Origin: Octopus vulgaris
Taxonomy: Eukaryota
DNA length: 64,000 nt
Assembly (NCBI GenBank): GCA_951406725.2
Contig: OX597814.1
Coordinates: 178,064,001-178,128,000, forward strand
Direction of reading: 5' to 3'
This document shows, piece by piece, positions 40,322 to 54,284 of this stretch. How positions within the stretch are numbered: the stretch's first letter is position 1; each line of letters opens with the position of its first letter. The translations under genes were made by a program, and so were the position numbers. The notes under the pieces were generated by a model, which saw only the letters and a program-made list of their open reading frames with translations, did no database searches and was not told the origin of the DNA.

Positions 40322-40606
40322 ACAAGGAACTGCTATCAGCCTCAAGACGAACAAAACCTTTTTGATGACTGCTTACATGGTGTCCACAGTGATAATGAGT
40401 GTTTTTTTAAAAATCCGTTATAAGCAATGACGTCAAAATTGGTTGGAAGGAGGAAGTTCTAAAAAAAGGGAAGGGGACAATATGTATGCTGTATATATGG
40501 GCATGTGCGGGTGTTTGCTTTTGTTAATGAGTTTGAATGTTTACGTGTGTGTATGAGTGTGTGTATTTAACTGCATTTGTGTCTGTGTGTGTGTGTGTGT
40601 GTGTGT

Positions 40607-40808
40607 GTCTGTCCCCCCAACATCGTTTGACAACCGATGCTACGTGTTTACGTTCCCGTAACATAGCGGTTCGGCAAAAGAGACCAATAGAATAAGTACT
40701 CGGCTTACAAAGAATAAGTCCTAGGGTGGATTTGCTCGACTAAAGGTGGTGCTTCAGCATGGCCACAGTCAAATGACTGAAACGCGTAAAAGAGTGAAAA
40801 AAGAGAGT
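40607..40808 (+). mobile_element. SINE family B 3' half
   Basis: gacaaccgatgct..agcggttcggcaaaagagacc.atagaataagtact..cagcatggccacagtcaaatgactgaaac. Confidence 0.88.
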
Positions 40809-40814
40809 ATACAT

Positions 40815-40845
<31 letters not shown>

Positions 40846-41100
40846 CATACGCATATACATACGCATATACATACGCATATACATACGCATATACATACGC
40901 ATATACATACGCATATACATACGCATATACATACACATATACATACACATATACATACACATATACATACACATATACATACACACATACATACACACAT
41001 ACACATATACATACACATATACATACACATATACATACATATATACATACGCATATACATACACATACACATATACATACACATATACATAGGCACACAT
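40809..41100. repeat. 12-bp minisatellite (ATACATACGCAT)n grading into (ATACATACACAT)n, derived from (TACA)n
   Basis: About 7 units with G, followed by A-variant units; explains the YMRM/YAYT/CICV ORFs. Confidence 0.92.
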
Positions 41101-41618
41101 GTATGCATATATATATGTGTATGTGTGCGTGCGTCTGTGTGTGTATCTCATATATAATACATAGAAGTGTAACTATGTTACCGGGGTAAAAGGATGTATA
41201 CTCACTTTACGTTTTTGAAAAATACACTGCCACGACAACGAATACTAATGATACATCGAACATATGATACATGACAAATCGACAAAGCAACAAAATTAAT
41301 TAAAAGTTTTTTAAAAAGCAGTCAATAACGATGAAACAGCAATCAATAATATCTACCCATTACCACATACCTCATGAGATAAACAAAGAAAAACAATGCT
41401 ATAATTATTATAACAACATCTTCATCGATGTCAATCAGTGCTCTGAAGATGCCGGCTGTTAAATGTTCATTACAGAAATCTATATTGATGAATCTAATTG
41501 CTTGATGGTTTTAAAATACAAATTAGCGAGGTGTCTGCGACAGGAGGGTGAGCTGTTGTTGCAACAAGATGGAAAATACCATTTGGAAACACATGACGTC
41601 ATCTCCGACAGCAACGGA

Positions 41619-42161
41619 GTGGAGGCGCAATGGCCTAGTGGTTAGGGCAGCGGAGTCGCGGTCGTAAGAACGCGGTTTCGATTCCCACACCGAGCATTGT
41701 GAGTGTTTGTTGAACAAAAACATCTAAGCTCCACGAGGCTCCGGAGCGGGGTGGGATGAAATCCGCTGTACTCTTTCACCACAACTTTCTATCACTCTTT
41801 CTTCCTACTTCTCCCTCAAAGCAGAGGAACCATGGTGTAACCTACCATAGTGTGGTAAACTTTCAGACCGAGTCTACATTGCGAATCCTCTGTACTCCAG
41901 GATGGTTCAGCTCTCCACCTGTTAAAAGCCACCGTTTTACGGAATAAGGATAACAACGTAGCTTTCGCGCTCGTGCAACCGCCAGTCTATCTCGTGTGGT
42001 GGGTGGACCTTGAAGTTGCCACACGCATTCTTTGTAGCTTAGAGTAGGCTCGAATTAGAGATTATTCTTTGCGGCTAATGACGTGAGTCTTGAGAGAAGA
42101 AGAAGAAGAAGAAGAAGAAGAAGAACAACAACAACAACAACAACAACAAGAACAAGAAGAA
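41619..42161 (+). mobile_element. SINE family C head with long tail type 3 and (GAA)n/(CAA)n end; 12-bp TSD
   Basis: Head GGAGGCGCAATGGCCTAGTGGTTAGGGCAGCGG; TSD GACAGCAACGGA at 41607-41618 and 42162-42173. Confidence 0.9.
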
Positions 42162-42445
42162 GACAGCAACGGACATACACCGCCACATATAAATATAACC
42201 AACACCACAACAACCAGCGATGCCACCATCATTGACAACCATCACAATCACAAACTATTATCAGCAAAACAACGACACGACCACAACGGCTACTACCATT
42301 ATCCTCATCACCACTATTATGATCTTTGTCGCTGCCGCAATCGCCATAATCAACAGTCTTCCCCTACTAGTCCTTCGTAACAGGAAAATATTCTCCTCAA
42401 AGTACAAATTTCCCTGGCATACTGGCGTAGAGACAGAAAAAATAA

Positions 42446-42487
<42 letters not shown>

Positions 42488-43529
42488 ATATGAAAATAGT
42501 AATGCAATACGAAAATATTGCTTCCCAGTAAAAGATAGCCCGTTAGGGTAAAATTATACATATGTATATTTTTACGCTATTTTCCAGTAAATTTCGGTAC
42601 TTCGTTGTACCATTTATTTACTTTTATATATATATATTACACACACACACACACACACGATTAGAAATCAATAAGCTAAAAATATCACAGACCTAGGACC
42701 CAAGAACAGAAGCAAAACAAAAACGATATTTATACTACCTTTACAACTACTATGACGACGACGGCGTTGACAACGTCAGCAATGGCAGAAGCATTGCCTA
42801 CCAGCCCACTCACTCGCAGGTGTAGAGAAATTAGTTTCCTAGTTTTGGAAAAACCAAGAAGAATAGCTTTAAGGGTAATTTCCGGATATGTTTGGAACTA
42901 GATGCTACTCGGAAGCTAAACTAACACCAGCATAAAGCATTGATATTTTCCTACTTTTTCACTCAATAAGATTCAACGTATATATGCTATACAATACTTG
43001 CAAACTATTACAAGTTCGCGCCAAATATTAATCAATCGCATCGTCGTAAATCAGACTGGGATTACCTTCGAAACTGTTAAAAGTTGTTTGCCCCCGACCT
43101 TGCCAAATACGAATGAGTTTCTAATAATAATATAGTTCACCAACTGTTATTGTGTTCTTTAAACTATTGATAAACGATGGTAGATACTGTGGCATGGCTA
43201 TGGTTGTATGGCTAAATATGTGTACTGCAAACATACTCTGTTTCAGTTGGAGAAAGCGATTTTTTCACTTCAGTTCAGTAATGTTGATATTTCGTGGAAG
43301 TTAACTGTGTAGAAGCTCGTCTTATGGTATGTGCCTATTCTTGAGTGGTGTAAGCAGTTCAGCGGTGCTTTTCTCGTATTTTTGTACATGTAGGAAACCC
43401 CAGGGTCATATTCTCTCACGTGTCCTTTAAGAATGTAACATATAATTTCACAGAAATTCTGTTCATATTTCTAGCGGATTCTCTCGAAATGACCAAATGA
43501 GGAAGTAATTTTTCTGAGTTCCAGCTAAT

Positions 43530-44345
43530 CTCTAAAAATGACACGACATTTTGAGTTAAGGGATTTCCCGGTGTTTGGTAAATATGTGGTAGATATGGTG
43601 CATTGATCAAATTGTAGATGCATACACCTGTGTGCATCTATCCATCTAAGACATCGCACATTGAGAGTCATTGGAATGCTTTACAAATCTTTACAATACC
43701 ACTTAGAGATTGAATTTGGAGATTGTATGTCAATTTCATTTGTTCTTTCTTTGAAAAACCGAATATTTTTAGGTTCTTGTATAAATTAGTTTTATACATA
43801 GCCGAATGCAGCTTTGATGATTGGTACAAATCAAAATTTATAATCAAGGTATAAGAGCTGTTACTTCCGTATTTAATACACCATAAATATTCTCTTTTTC
43901 CTTAACCTTTGATTGTACATTCTCATTCGCTGGGTAGTTGATCCCTACAACAGTGCATGGCTTTTGTTTTCCGTCCCACAAAATAATATCAGTTCTTTTT
44001 ATGTTTGCATCGAATTGCTGTTTACTTATTGGAGGGTTTTACAAGTGTTACCTGTTTTCAAAGTTGTGACTAATCGCTGGTTCTGACATGCCTTTGATGT
44101 ATGCGTCAGGGTAATCGTTCCCGCGAATAACATTGTAAAAAGTGTTTGCAAATAAATCATGCTTCGGGGCAGATATCTCGTAAACATTTTGGAGTAAACG
44201 CCAATGATGTGGAGGATACCTTCCACAGCGGTATGGCATAGACGAGATTTTTTATCACGACGTAAAGGTTTGATGGCATCTTTGTCTCATGTTTATTAGG
44301 TATTTAGTAGCTATTTTCTGCTCCTGGATGGCGAAAGCATGTCCT
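43530..44345 (-). mobile_element. R4/Dong-clade RLE LINE 3' fragment (copy 5, further family)
   Basis: Minus strand: FAIQEQKIATKYL..SRLCHTAVEGILHII..YLP(R)HD..KRTDIILWD..YPANENV..KEKENIYG..FVPIIKAAFGYV..QSLSGIVKICKAFQ*; UTR hairpin at 43614-43640. Confidence 0.88.
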
Positions 44346-44774
44346 TATAAGTGGGATGTAATATATTTATCACACGTCCAAGAAGCACCTCTTCGTATCA
44401 ATACTGTTGATATCCTGTAAATTATGGAATACGTAATCTATGTATATGTGTGTATGTATGTATATACATGCACACACACATACATGTACACATACGCAAC
44501 ACACACTCATATATATGTGTGAGCAAGCGTGTTTATTATACCTAAAATAATCCACATCAGCATAATTTTCACCCCTGGCTGATAGTGACTGTCGACATAA
44601 ATATTATAGCTATCAAATAAATTAGCGTAAGTGGAGTATATTTGCAAAAAGATATCAGGAAAATAAAACAAGAAACTATTTGCTCTATAGTCATATATAG
44701 TTTGCATAGAGACCTATTTATATTTCCAAGCTCTTTGAAATTTGATTCGTGAACACACACAAACACACGCAAAC

Positions 44775-44842
<68 letters not shown>

Positions 44843-44863
44843 TATACGCACAGACTTACACAC

Positions 44864-44918
<55 letters not shown>

Positions 44919-45384
44919 CGTGCTAGCAGTTCTTCGTGTCCAAAGATCGATAGGAACTGTAATAAGAGCATAAGTTAAAACGATTCTTGAACGACATGCG
45001 ATCTCATGTGTAATCATATGTTATCCCCGTGGTCACAGGTGTGTGTTTCACACTTTAAAAAATAAATTATCGGTCAGCTCAAGGAACAATTTTAGATTTT
45101 GACTCTCTCTCCAGGTTTTTTTTTGCTTTTTGCGAAAAAAATAAAACAACTTTTTATTAATTTACAGACATTAATGTTCAGTGTTGAAGTACGTCCTTCA
45201 GCCCCACATATATCTGGTCTTGTGTTTATGTTACAAATCAATGTTCCGTCATGACCATAATGACCGTTCGCATTTCAAATTCAACCATTTGCAAACATGG
45301 AAAATCAGATACTGTAATCAATCCTCATCGGTTATACATCTCCCGTTTCCAAAATTCGAGTTCCGTTGAATGAAAGAAACCATT

Positions 45385-45430
45385 TACTACTACTACTACT
45401 ACTACTGCTGCTGCTGCTGATGCTGCTACA

Positions 45431-45481
<51 letters not shown>

Positions 45482-45718
45482 GCTGTTGCTACTACTACTG
45501 CTGGTGCTGTTGCTACTACTACTACTACTGGTGCTGTTGCTACTACTACTACTACTGCTGCTGTTCCTACTACTGCTGCTGCTGCTACTACTACTGCTGC
45601 TGCTACTACTATTGCTGCTGCTACTACTACTGCTACTGCTGCCACCACCACTACTACTAACACCACCACTACTACTACCACCACCACCACTACTACTACC
45701 ACCACCACTACTACTACC

Positions 45719-45770
<52 letters not shown>

Positions 45771-45786
45771 CTGCTGTTGCTGCTGC
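45385..45786. repeat. mosaic trinucleotide array (CTA/CTG/CCA) with higher-order units
   Basis: Recurrent CTACTACTACTG(G)TGCTGTTG and CTACTACTACCACCACCA blocks; explains the poly-S/V/L ORFs. Confidence 0.92.
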
Positions 45787-45796
45787 GGTTATAGTG

Positions 45797-46030
45797 AGGG
45801 CTCATGGCCTAGTGGTTTGAGTGTTACACTCACGATGTAACGATCGGATCGTGATTTCAGTTCCTAGACCGGGTTGTGAGTTGTTTTCTTGAGTAAAACG
45901 CTTCATCTCACATTGGTTTGCGATCACTTCGACACATAACGTGTGGTACACCGTGCAACCTATTCAAAGAACATAGATTTGATGAAGAGAGAGCACTTAA
46001 GTGGCAATTGTTCGTCAGAACCGAAAACAC
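45797..46030 (+). mobile_element. tRNA-derived SINE family D, degenerate
   Basis: TGGCCTAGTGGTT A-box, degenerate B-box tttcagttccta, CORE-like ttcttgagtaaaacgcttcatctcac. Confidence 0.65.
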
Positions 46031-46445
46031 TAATAAGTAATTTACGACCACCTTTTCTTTCTCCTCTTCCTCATAATCATCATCATCATCATCATCCTTG
46101 TGGTTGTTGTTGTTTTTGTTATTCTTGCGTCATTTAATGGTAAAAAAGTTACATGCATCAATTATGACTTTCACCTACTTAATAACCTACATCTAGCGCA
46201 ATGTATCTAATTCCAATATAGTTCATCACCCATACACACCCTTTCACACACACACACACACACTCCGTCTCTTCCTCTCTTTTTTTTTATCATATTTACA
46301 CTGACACACCTACCACTGGCATATGATTACACACGTTAAACTTTACCCACGTTTATACACGCTTCACTTCTCACACTCACCACGCAGACATAACCAGCAA
46401 TGATGCAGTATAAAATGATGCAAGTACAAGGTTATCATAACAAAG

Positions 46446-46483
<38 letters not shown>

Positions 46484-46485
<2 letters not shown>

Positions 46486-46916
46486 CAGTGTACATTAAAA
46501 CACATTAAGAGGCTTCCATCATAAGAATCATTTACGCTGAAAAAACAATTAAAGTCCAAACCACTAATTAGGGATAAATTCTCGAAAGAAATGAAAAGTA
46601 AAAAAAAACATTTACCATCTAATTCCTGGACCATGGTTTCTGACTCATTTCAGTAAATAAAAATTATTATTTACCTGGCGAAGTCGTTATCAAGTCGTAC
46701 ATGGCAAATGTTTTTATTTTTCATTCCCTTCGAGAATTTATCCCTAATTAGTGGTTTGAACTTTAACTGTTCTTTCTAGCGTAAAGGATTCCTTTGATGG
46801 AAGCCTCTTAATGTGTTTTAATGTACACTGTATTTTATATGACTAATGTATAGTCTATTTACTAATATTTTTACGCTAGGCCACTGGTAGTAAAAATTTC
46901 AAAAAATTTTATTACC

Positions 46917-46920
<4 letters not shown>
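46484..46920. mobile_element. self-inverted element with ~135-bp arms and a hammerhead remnant in the spacer
   Basis: TACAGTGTACATTAAAACACATTAAGAGGCTTCCATC... versus ...GATGGAAGCCTCTTAATGTGTTTTAATGTACACTGTA (46484-46832). Spacer on the minus strand: UUGAUAA-CGACU..GUAAAUAA..UUAUUUAC..GAGUCA-GAAAC-CAUG-GUC. (TA)n on both flanks. Confidence 0.85.
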
Positions 46921-46976
<56 letters not shown>

Positions 46977-47379
46977 GTTCTTATTATGTTAATCTGTCAT
47001 GTGTCCAAATTTGGCCAAGTGCGTTTTATTCAATATTTAATTTTGTCTTTTTGCAATAGTCGCTTCTTCATATCTTCAGCTGTTTCAGATGAAAGTTATC
47101 AAACTGTGATACAACGGTTTTGCATTTTTCAAAATGTGAGAAGTCCCACATACGACAGGTTTGCAAAAATATTTCTGACTGAAAATATCCTACATGCATG
47201 GAGTTAAGATTTTGTGCACCCAACAAATCATTATTGTTAATGTAAAAAGAAATGAAAATGGTATGGTGGAAGTATTTTTTTCGTTTTCTGAAAAAGCAAC
47301 GTTTTGGACTTACGACACTTATGCATAATAGCAACGATATATATATATATATATATGTCTATGTATGTATGTTTAGATA

Positions 47380-47446
<67 letters not shown>

Positions 47447-47957
47447 TAGACATGTGGCTATTCTCAACTAAAATAGACGTGAAGGAAGATGTAACAGTTA
47501 CTAATAGCAGTAGCATCTGTGGTAGTAGTTGTAGTTTCCGCACTTTTGGCGATTTCTCTTAATATCGCACTGCATGCATAATTTCATCTCCTAAAGAGAG
47601 AAAGGACAGAAGGTGTTCTGCGTTGATGTAAAATAACACCGATCAGATATTCCCGTTTGAATCTGCTGCAGCGTATTTAGATTGAATAGATACATTATTG
47701 CTTGGAATACCGCTGTTCTGTGGGAACTCCATGAATTATTGTTTGTTTGATACAATATCGCGTTCTTATATGATTCATCGGTCAGGCAGTCGGATAACTT
47801 CGAGTGAGGATACATACAACCCAGAGGAAACACCACGGTGTTTCACGCCTAAAGCGAGGAGGTTTTATCCGGTGGCGAACAATAGCAGCAATCATATATG
47901 CGGGTTCAAATCCGTCATAACGTATTAAGAATGAATAGATACGTATTGAAATATCAA

Positions 47958-48165
47958 TACTCGTTTCAAACTTTGGCACAATGCCAGCAATTTTAGAGAA
48001 AGTTAGATGATTACATTGAGACTAGTACATGACTGTTAACATTATTTCATCGACGCGGTAATGTTTAAAGGTAAAATTGACCACGGCAGGATTTGAAATT
48101 AAGGCATAAAGAACAATCACTAAGAGACTTTTCCACGCACAAACGATTCAATGACGTCACCACTA
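47958..48165 (-). mobile_element. SINE family A variant, very degenerate
   Basis: tttggcacaa.gccagcaatttt..gattacattga..ttcatcgac..aaaggtaaaattgaccacggcaggatttgaa. Confidence 0.65.
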
Positions 48166-48830
48166 CCAAAACTACTACTACTACTATCCCCGCCACCACC
48201 ACCACCACTACTATCACCACCACTACTTTCACCACCACCACCACTACTACCACCACCACCATTATCACCACCACCACCACCACCACCACTACTACTACTG
48301 TTGGTAATGATGATGATGATATGATGATGATGATGATGACGATGAAAATGAAGAAAATGATGATGATAACTATCATGATGATAGTGATATCTTCATAACT
48401 CGAGTGCAACATAACAAATATAAAACAGAGGATAAAGATGCAAGTATGATAAATCGGTATTCCCCCCACCGAAAAAAAAATCTTCAGAAAAAAAAACAGA
48501 ACAACAGAACCTCTCCCTATGATAAAGGTAACCATATCAAAACAAATGCAGACATAAGCACAAGCCCAGAATTATGCATACAAAACACGGAAATAGAATT
48601 CGTAGATGCTGCACACATCCAAATTTGAGAGATGTGCGCTCGGTCGTGAAAGTAGTAGTAGTAGAAGAAGAAGAAGTAATGGTGTCTGGAAAAACACACG
48701 GCAAGAAACGGAAGCAAAATTGAAAGAAAAACTCTTGATGTTTATGACGAAGACGACGACGACGAAGATGCTGCTGCTGCTGATGATGAGGATGATGATC
48801 ATGATGACGATGACGATAATGATAGTGAAT
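48160..48830. repeat. trinucleotide runs (ACC/ACT/ATG/ACG)
   Basis: Directly visible; explains the poly-T/V/M ORFs. Confidence 0.85.
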
Positions 48831-48879
48831 GAATAGCAGTCTCATCAACTATCATTTCTTTATGCATGACCTAAAATTA

Positions 48880-49960
48880 TTTAATTAGAAGTTGCAAATC
48901 GTTTGCTTGACTCCTTCATGTTGTCTGGCAATTTACCTGCAACATTAAAAAGTTATGTGAACCGGCAGAATGTAATACGTTTCCACTACTTCTACGTAGA
49001 CACCAAACTCGAACAAGTGATATCTGCACTCCGTCGGTTAAGACGACGAAGGTTCCGGTTGATCCGAATCAACGGAACAGCCTGCTCGTGAAATTAACGT
49101 GTAAGTGGCTGAACACTCCACAGACACGTGTACCCTTAACGAGAGTGACAAGGCCGGCCCTTTGAAATACAGGTAGAACAGAAACAGGAAGTAAGAGTGA
49201 GAGAAAGTTGTGGTGAAAGAGTACAGCAGGGATCACCACCATGCCCTGCCGGAGCCTCGTGGAGCTTTAGCTCAATAAACACTCACAACGCCCGGTCTGG
49301 GAATCGAAACCGCGATCCTATGACCGCGAGTCCGCTGCCCTAACCACTGGGCCATTGCGCCTCCACCGAACAAGTGATCGGGAATACCGCGTAAGGAAAA
49401 ACATTACGCAAACTGAGTAATTCAACATCTATGCCCAATATTTGGCAGAGACAAAACGAAAACTATAAGTGTGAAATCTGTGCAAATGGTACTGCGAAAT
49501 GAATGTTTTGACAGTCAACAAATTCTAAAAGAGAAAAAAAACATACTCATTAAGGTAGCAAAAAACTTAATCTGTAACATTTAAATATTTGCAGAACTAG
49601 TCTAACAATCGATTTTGTAGTCTTGTACTGGAACGCAACAAACCTTGACACTATAGACCGTAACACTAATAATCTTCTTAAAACAAGCATCGTATATAAC
49701 CCAATAAGTTTAACATCAAACGGCTGTGTTTTTCAAGAAGAGAAAGCGGTAAAGAACGTGTGATTATCTAGGAGCAGTTTAACAAAAATCAATTATGAAC
49801 GTTTTTTACTACCTTTCCGACTGATGAGAAAGCCTGTAACAATGTTTGACTATGATCTTGCTAAAAGTAGGAAATCGATTATCATTACATCAGCAAAATT
49901 CTCCCAAGAAACTGGATAAGTTATTGAACAGCTAAAATCGAACATTACGGGAGAGGCATG
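48880..49960 (+). mobile_element. R4/Dong-type reverse transcriptase remnant (copy 6), interrupted by a SINE
   Basis: LTPSCCLAI (LSPLxFCLA-like) and HYFYVDTK (HLFYVDD-like) before the SINE; FVVLYWNATNLDTIDRNTNNLL..KHRIYNP..IKRLCFSRRESGK after it. Confidence 0.7.
49022..49366 (-). mobile_element. SINE family C (tail type 1) with 12-bp TSD
   Basis: Intact head at 49300-49364; TSD CGAACAAGTGAT at 49010-49021 and 49367-49378. Confidence 0.92.
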
Positions 49961-50497
49961 ACCAGACATACTAATGTTATATTTTACGAACATGAGGAAC
50001 AACGACGAAGGTTAATACCTTTTGAGGTCAATGTTTCTTAATTTAAAGTTATACATATAGATTTAAAATGGAACGACTTCTCGTCAGGAATAACCAAGGC
50101 TAACCCAAATGAATAAAACGAACCAACATTTGCATGATTGCATTTGCTGAACCTTTTGCAATAAAGTATGCAATCACGTTAAATTCATAAAGTTATACCC
50201 GAATGCTCTTAAAACCGAAATTCATCTCCGTAAAATAATTTCAGATAGAACATATTACAAAGAAGGAAAAGAAAATTATTCATCAGGGCTGGATTATGCT
50301 TGATCGCAAGAGTGTTATTTCAGAAAATACTTGAAGGTAAGCCACAATAACTGAGAGCCAAACACCAACATCACTTTTGTATGTGGAGAGTCATGTAGTA
50401 TATAATTTTTATAATACGAATGACTAAATCACGTTTGTAATTTCTTCTCTGAAACAATATATTATACAGTACATATACATGCAGTCATACACACACA

Positions 50498-50543
<46 letters not shown>

Positions 50544-51814
50544 TCTATGTATATATGTAATCACACAAAGCAAGGAAAACAAATATTGTATTGAATATAT
50601 TCCGTTCATTACGAACGTTTCAGTAATATATTTCAAAATACCTGCTGTGCCGTTTATTGAACAACGGCTGTATACTTTCTCCAGAGGAAGGTTTCGTACT
50701 AATCATTCCACTAAGATGTAATACAGCTCATGTGCAACAAACTGTAAGGCAATTATTTACAGTTCTTTATTGAAATGTGGACAAAGAATGGCATCAATTA
50801 CATCTTGTCTTCTTTTCTTGTTTAGTTTTTTCTGTAGTAATTTGTTGTGTATATATTACAGTTTGTATATTACAAATGGTGAGCTAATGTAGGTGGATAT
50901 GTCATTATGCAACACACCTTTTGAGAAATGAAAAATGTGTAATATATATATTGAGCTTTGAATTTATTTGTTATATACGGAGCCTAGCATTGTAACATTG
51001 CTTATATATATGCATATAAATACCATGCATGAAGCTATTCGCATTTGCGTCACTTTCATATCACTTTCTGGCGAATAACAATAAGAAAGGGATTTCTCCT
51101 CATGTCGCGAGTTCTATTTCTCTTGCGTTCTATATCTCTCGTCATATATGTGTGTGTGTGTGCGTATATGTGTGTGTGAATGTGTGTATTATGTATGTAT
51201 ATAGCATTTAATGTCCTCTCAACGTAGCAGAACTGGGGTAAGTTCTTTTGGCCGTCCAATTTCAAGACATTAGAGGAAAAATTTCTTATACTCATTCAAA
51301 CTTTTTCCTACTGTACCAGTTATTAATGGTTATAGTTTTATGAACTGAAGCATATAAACCATCCACAAGAAAGCACATCAAAGGTGTAAAGGAAATGTTT
51401 TGACATCACTAACAATAGTGCATATATATATAAAAACCTATTATATATGCTATATGCCGGTAACATCCTGTACGCTGAGTATCAAACATGCATGGAAACG
51501 TGTGTAGAAACGTTATCGAACTTGTTAGCTGTTATTCAACATTATCTTTTTTCATCCAGTAGACAAATGACATCTCTATGTATTACATTCCATGATTCAG
51601 ATCAGAGAGAAAATTTCCTGTCTGCAGCAATGTTTTTATAACGTTTCTCATTTCTTGAGTCTTTCTTCCGATTCTATTTTTTTTTCTTTCCGTCTTCTTT
51701 AAAATTTGCATTAAATACGAAATAGAGATAATTGTTCTTCAATATGAAGTATAAGGTGAAAATTTAGATGAACTTTAGTTATATATAAATATAAATATGT
51801 AAATATTAATAGAC

Positions 51815-51965
51815 CGTGTGGTAAGTAACTTGTTTATGAACCACATGGTTCCGGGTTCTCTCCCACTGCGTGGCACCTTAGGTAAGTGTCTTCTACTATA
51901 GCCTCGGGCCGACCAAAGCCTTGTGAGTGGATTTCGTAGACGGAAACTGAAAGAAGCCCGTCGTA

Positions 51966-52014
<49 letters not shown>

Positions 52015-52176
52015 GTATGTTTGTGTATAGCTTTGTGTGTTTGTGTTTGCCCCCCACCCCAACATCGCTTGACAATCGATGGTGGTGTGTTTACGTCTCC
52101 GTGACTTAGCGGTTTGGCAAGAGAGACCGATAGAATAAGTACTAGGTTTACAAAGAATAAGTCCTGGGGTCGATTT
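51815..52176 (+). mobile_element. SINE family B, both ends clipped
   Basis: Collinear with 11285-11600, including the internal (TA)n/(TG)n. Confidence 0.9.
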
Positions 52177-52487
52177 ACAAAGGTAAAGAGAGAAAGCACA
52201 TCGATAAGTTGGGCGTCAGGACAGATATGGCCACATCGAAAGAAATAGCAAAGTTAAAGGCAGTAAAAACACATGAAAATATTACGCAAAAGTACATTGA
52301 ATGAGAAAAACAATTATGTACGAGCCAATATTTTTACGGAAATATGTAACTTAAAGTCGGAGAGAGAGAAAAGGAATTGGTATTTCATAAAAAAAAAATA
52401 CTCGGATAGTCCAAGGGGGGTGGGGTAATTCTAAAAGTTAAATTGTTAATGTATTATTTCATATCATTATTACAAACTATGAGTTTA

Positions 52488-52537
52488 GCGGCGGCGGCGG
52501 CTACTACTACTACTACTACTACTACTACCACTACCAT

Positions 52538-52576
<39 letters not shown>

Positions 52577-52625
52577 AGTTGCTACTGCTGCTGCTACTAG
52601 TGATAATGATGATGAGGGTGATGAT
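52488..52625. repeat. (GCG)/(CTA)/(CCA)/(GAT) trinucleotide array
   Basis: Directly visible. Confidence 0.9.
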
Positions 52626-54066
52626 CATGAGAAGAACAAGAAAAAAGGAAAACGAGAGGAAGAGAAGAGAACAAAGGAATGAAAATCAGAGTGCATTTAT
52701 TTAAAATTATAGCAAAACAAGTACTTAGTAAACATATGTAGTAGTAGTAGTAATAGTAGTAGAAGTAGTATATACATACATACATATATATATATATATG
52801 CACGGACAGCTATACATACATGTGTATATATATACATATGTATATACACATTTCTATATATGTATATATACATATTCACACGCACACATACACATACATA
52901 TACACACACAAGCACAAGGTTTGCCCCTGGCTCAACTATTAAACAAGGAGACAATTTCTTTTAGACTAAATTATATTGATGCAGATTTGAAAGTATAGAA
53001 CTAACACAGACATACAGACACAGAGACTCATTCACACACAAACACACACATTATCTGTGTACATATGAGAAAATGACAGCTATCAGCGACCATCCCGTTG
53101 CTGTAAACACTACTAAAACAATTGCATTTCATATTGTATAACATGCGATATGACGCAATATGCAACAGTCAGTTACGTTAACATGTCTCTATATGATATT
53201 TAATAGACCTAAATTAACTAGCTGCAGCCAATCTCGTCTAAATGTAATATAGGTTCATTCTAATAATTGACACCACATCAACGTTTCGTTCGGAAACTTA
53301 CGGATGTACGAAAGGGCTGACAAGAGAAATAATCTTGAACGATGAAAGCTATAGGCTAGACGGAAAAATACTTTAATTACATGAAATGAAATATTCTTCA
53401 AATGCTTGACATAGTCGTTATTCCGCTTCAATTCCGTTATAAGACTGATTTTCTCGTCTAAACTTGCCTCTCACACCGACGTATTACATAACATGTGTCT
53501 TTAGATTAGTTATCATTGTTGTCTTATAATGTGAATATTAAGAACAAAGGACAACGTGATTTATGGTTTTTCCACAATGTGATTTTGAGATTCTGGCGCT
53601 CCAGGTGAAAAAGTGATTAAACTGGTTGAATTAGACTTTCAATACTGATAAACTAATCAGTAGCAGTCAGAATTTTGAACCAATCAAATCAAATCGCGAA
53701 GTTTTTAGTCTAACAAATTTTTTATCCTGTGCAACTAGTTAAAAATAATTAATTTTTTTTGTTTTTAATTAATTTCAGATTCCATTAGAATTGTTTTTCA
53801 AAGCAGATTTGATTTATTTGTCCAAGAAAATGGCTGCCATTTTCGCCATCACTAGCTTTTTCTTTTCTTGTATAACTATCATTTTACTTGTTTATACGCT
53901 ATTATTATTGTATATTGGGTTTCATTAACTACCTTTTTACATTTTGGGAATATATGCCATAACAGCTGAGAGACAACGTGTTAGGCTACAAGATTATTTT
54001 GAACTTATGATTCCTCCTACACACTCATACACGCATGCTGATACATACATATAATATATGTATGTA

Positions 54067-54153
<87 letters not shown>

Positions 54154-54244
54154 GGAGAGTGAGAGACATACATGTACACAGCCATACATATATAGAAACA
54201 TACATACATACACAACACTCGCACATACACACACTTCTATTTAT

Positions 54245-54284
<40 letters not shown>

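Noticed and set aside
40809-41100. CRISPR-like array
   Set aside because: Contiguous 12-bp units with no unique spacers; eukaryotic context.
45325-45805. Ser/Gly-rich or poly-Val/Leu structural protein
   Set aside because: Open in several frames on both strands purely because of the triplet array; no splice or start context.
47591-47979. Non-repetitive overlapping ORFs and hairpin GAAACACC-AC-GGTGTTTC
   Set aside because: No recognisable protein motif, and no CUGANGA core correctly placed upstream.
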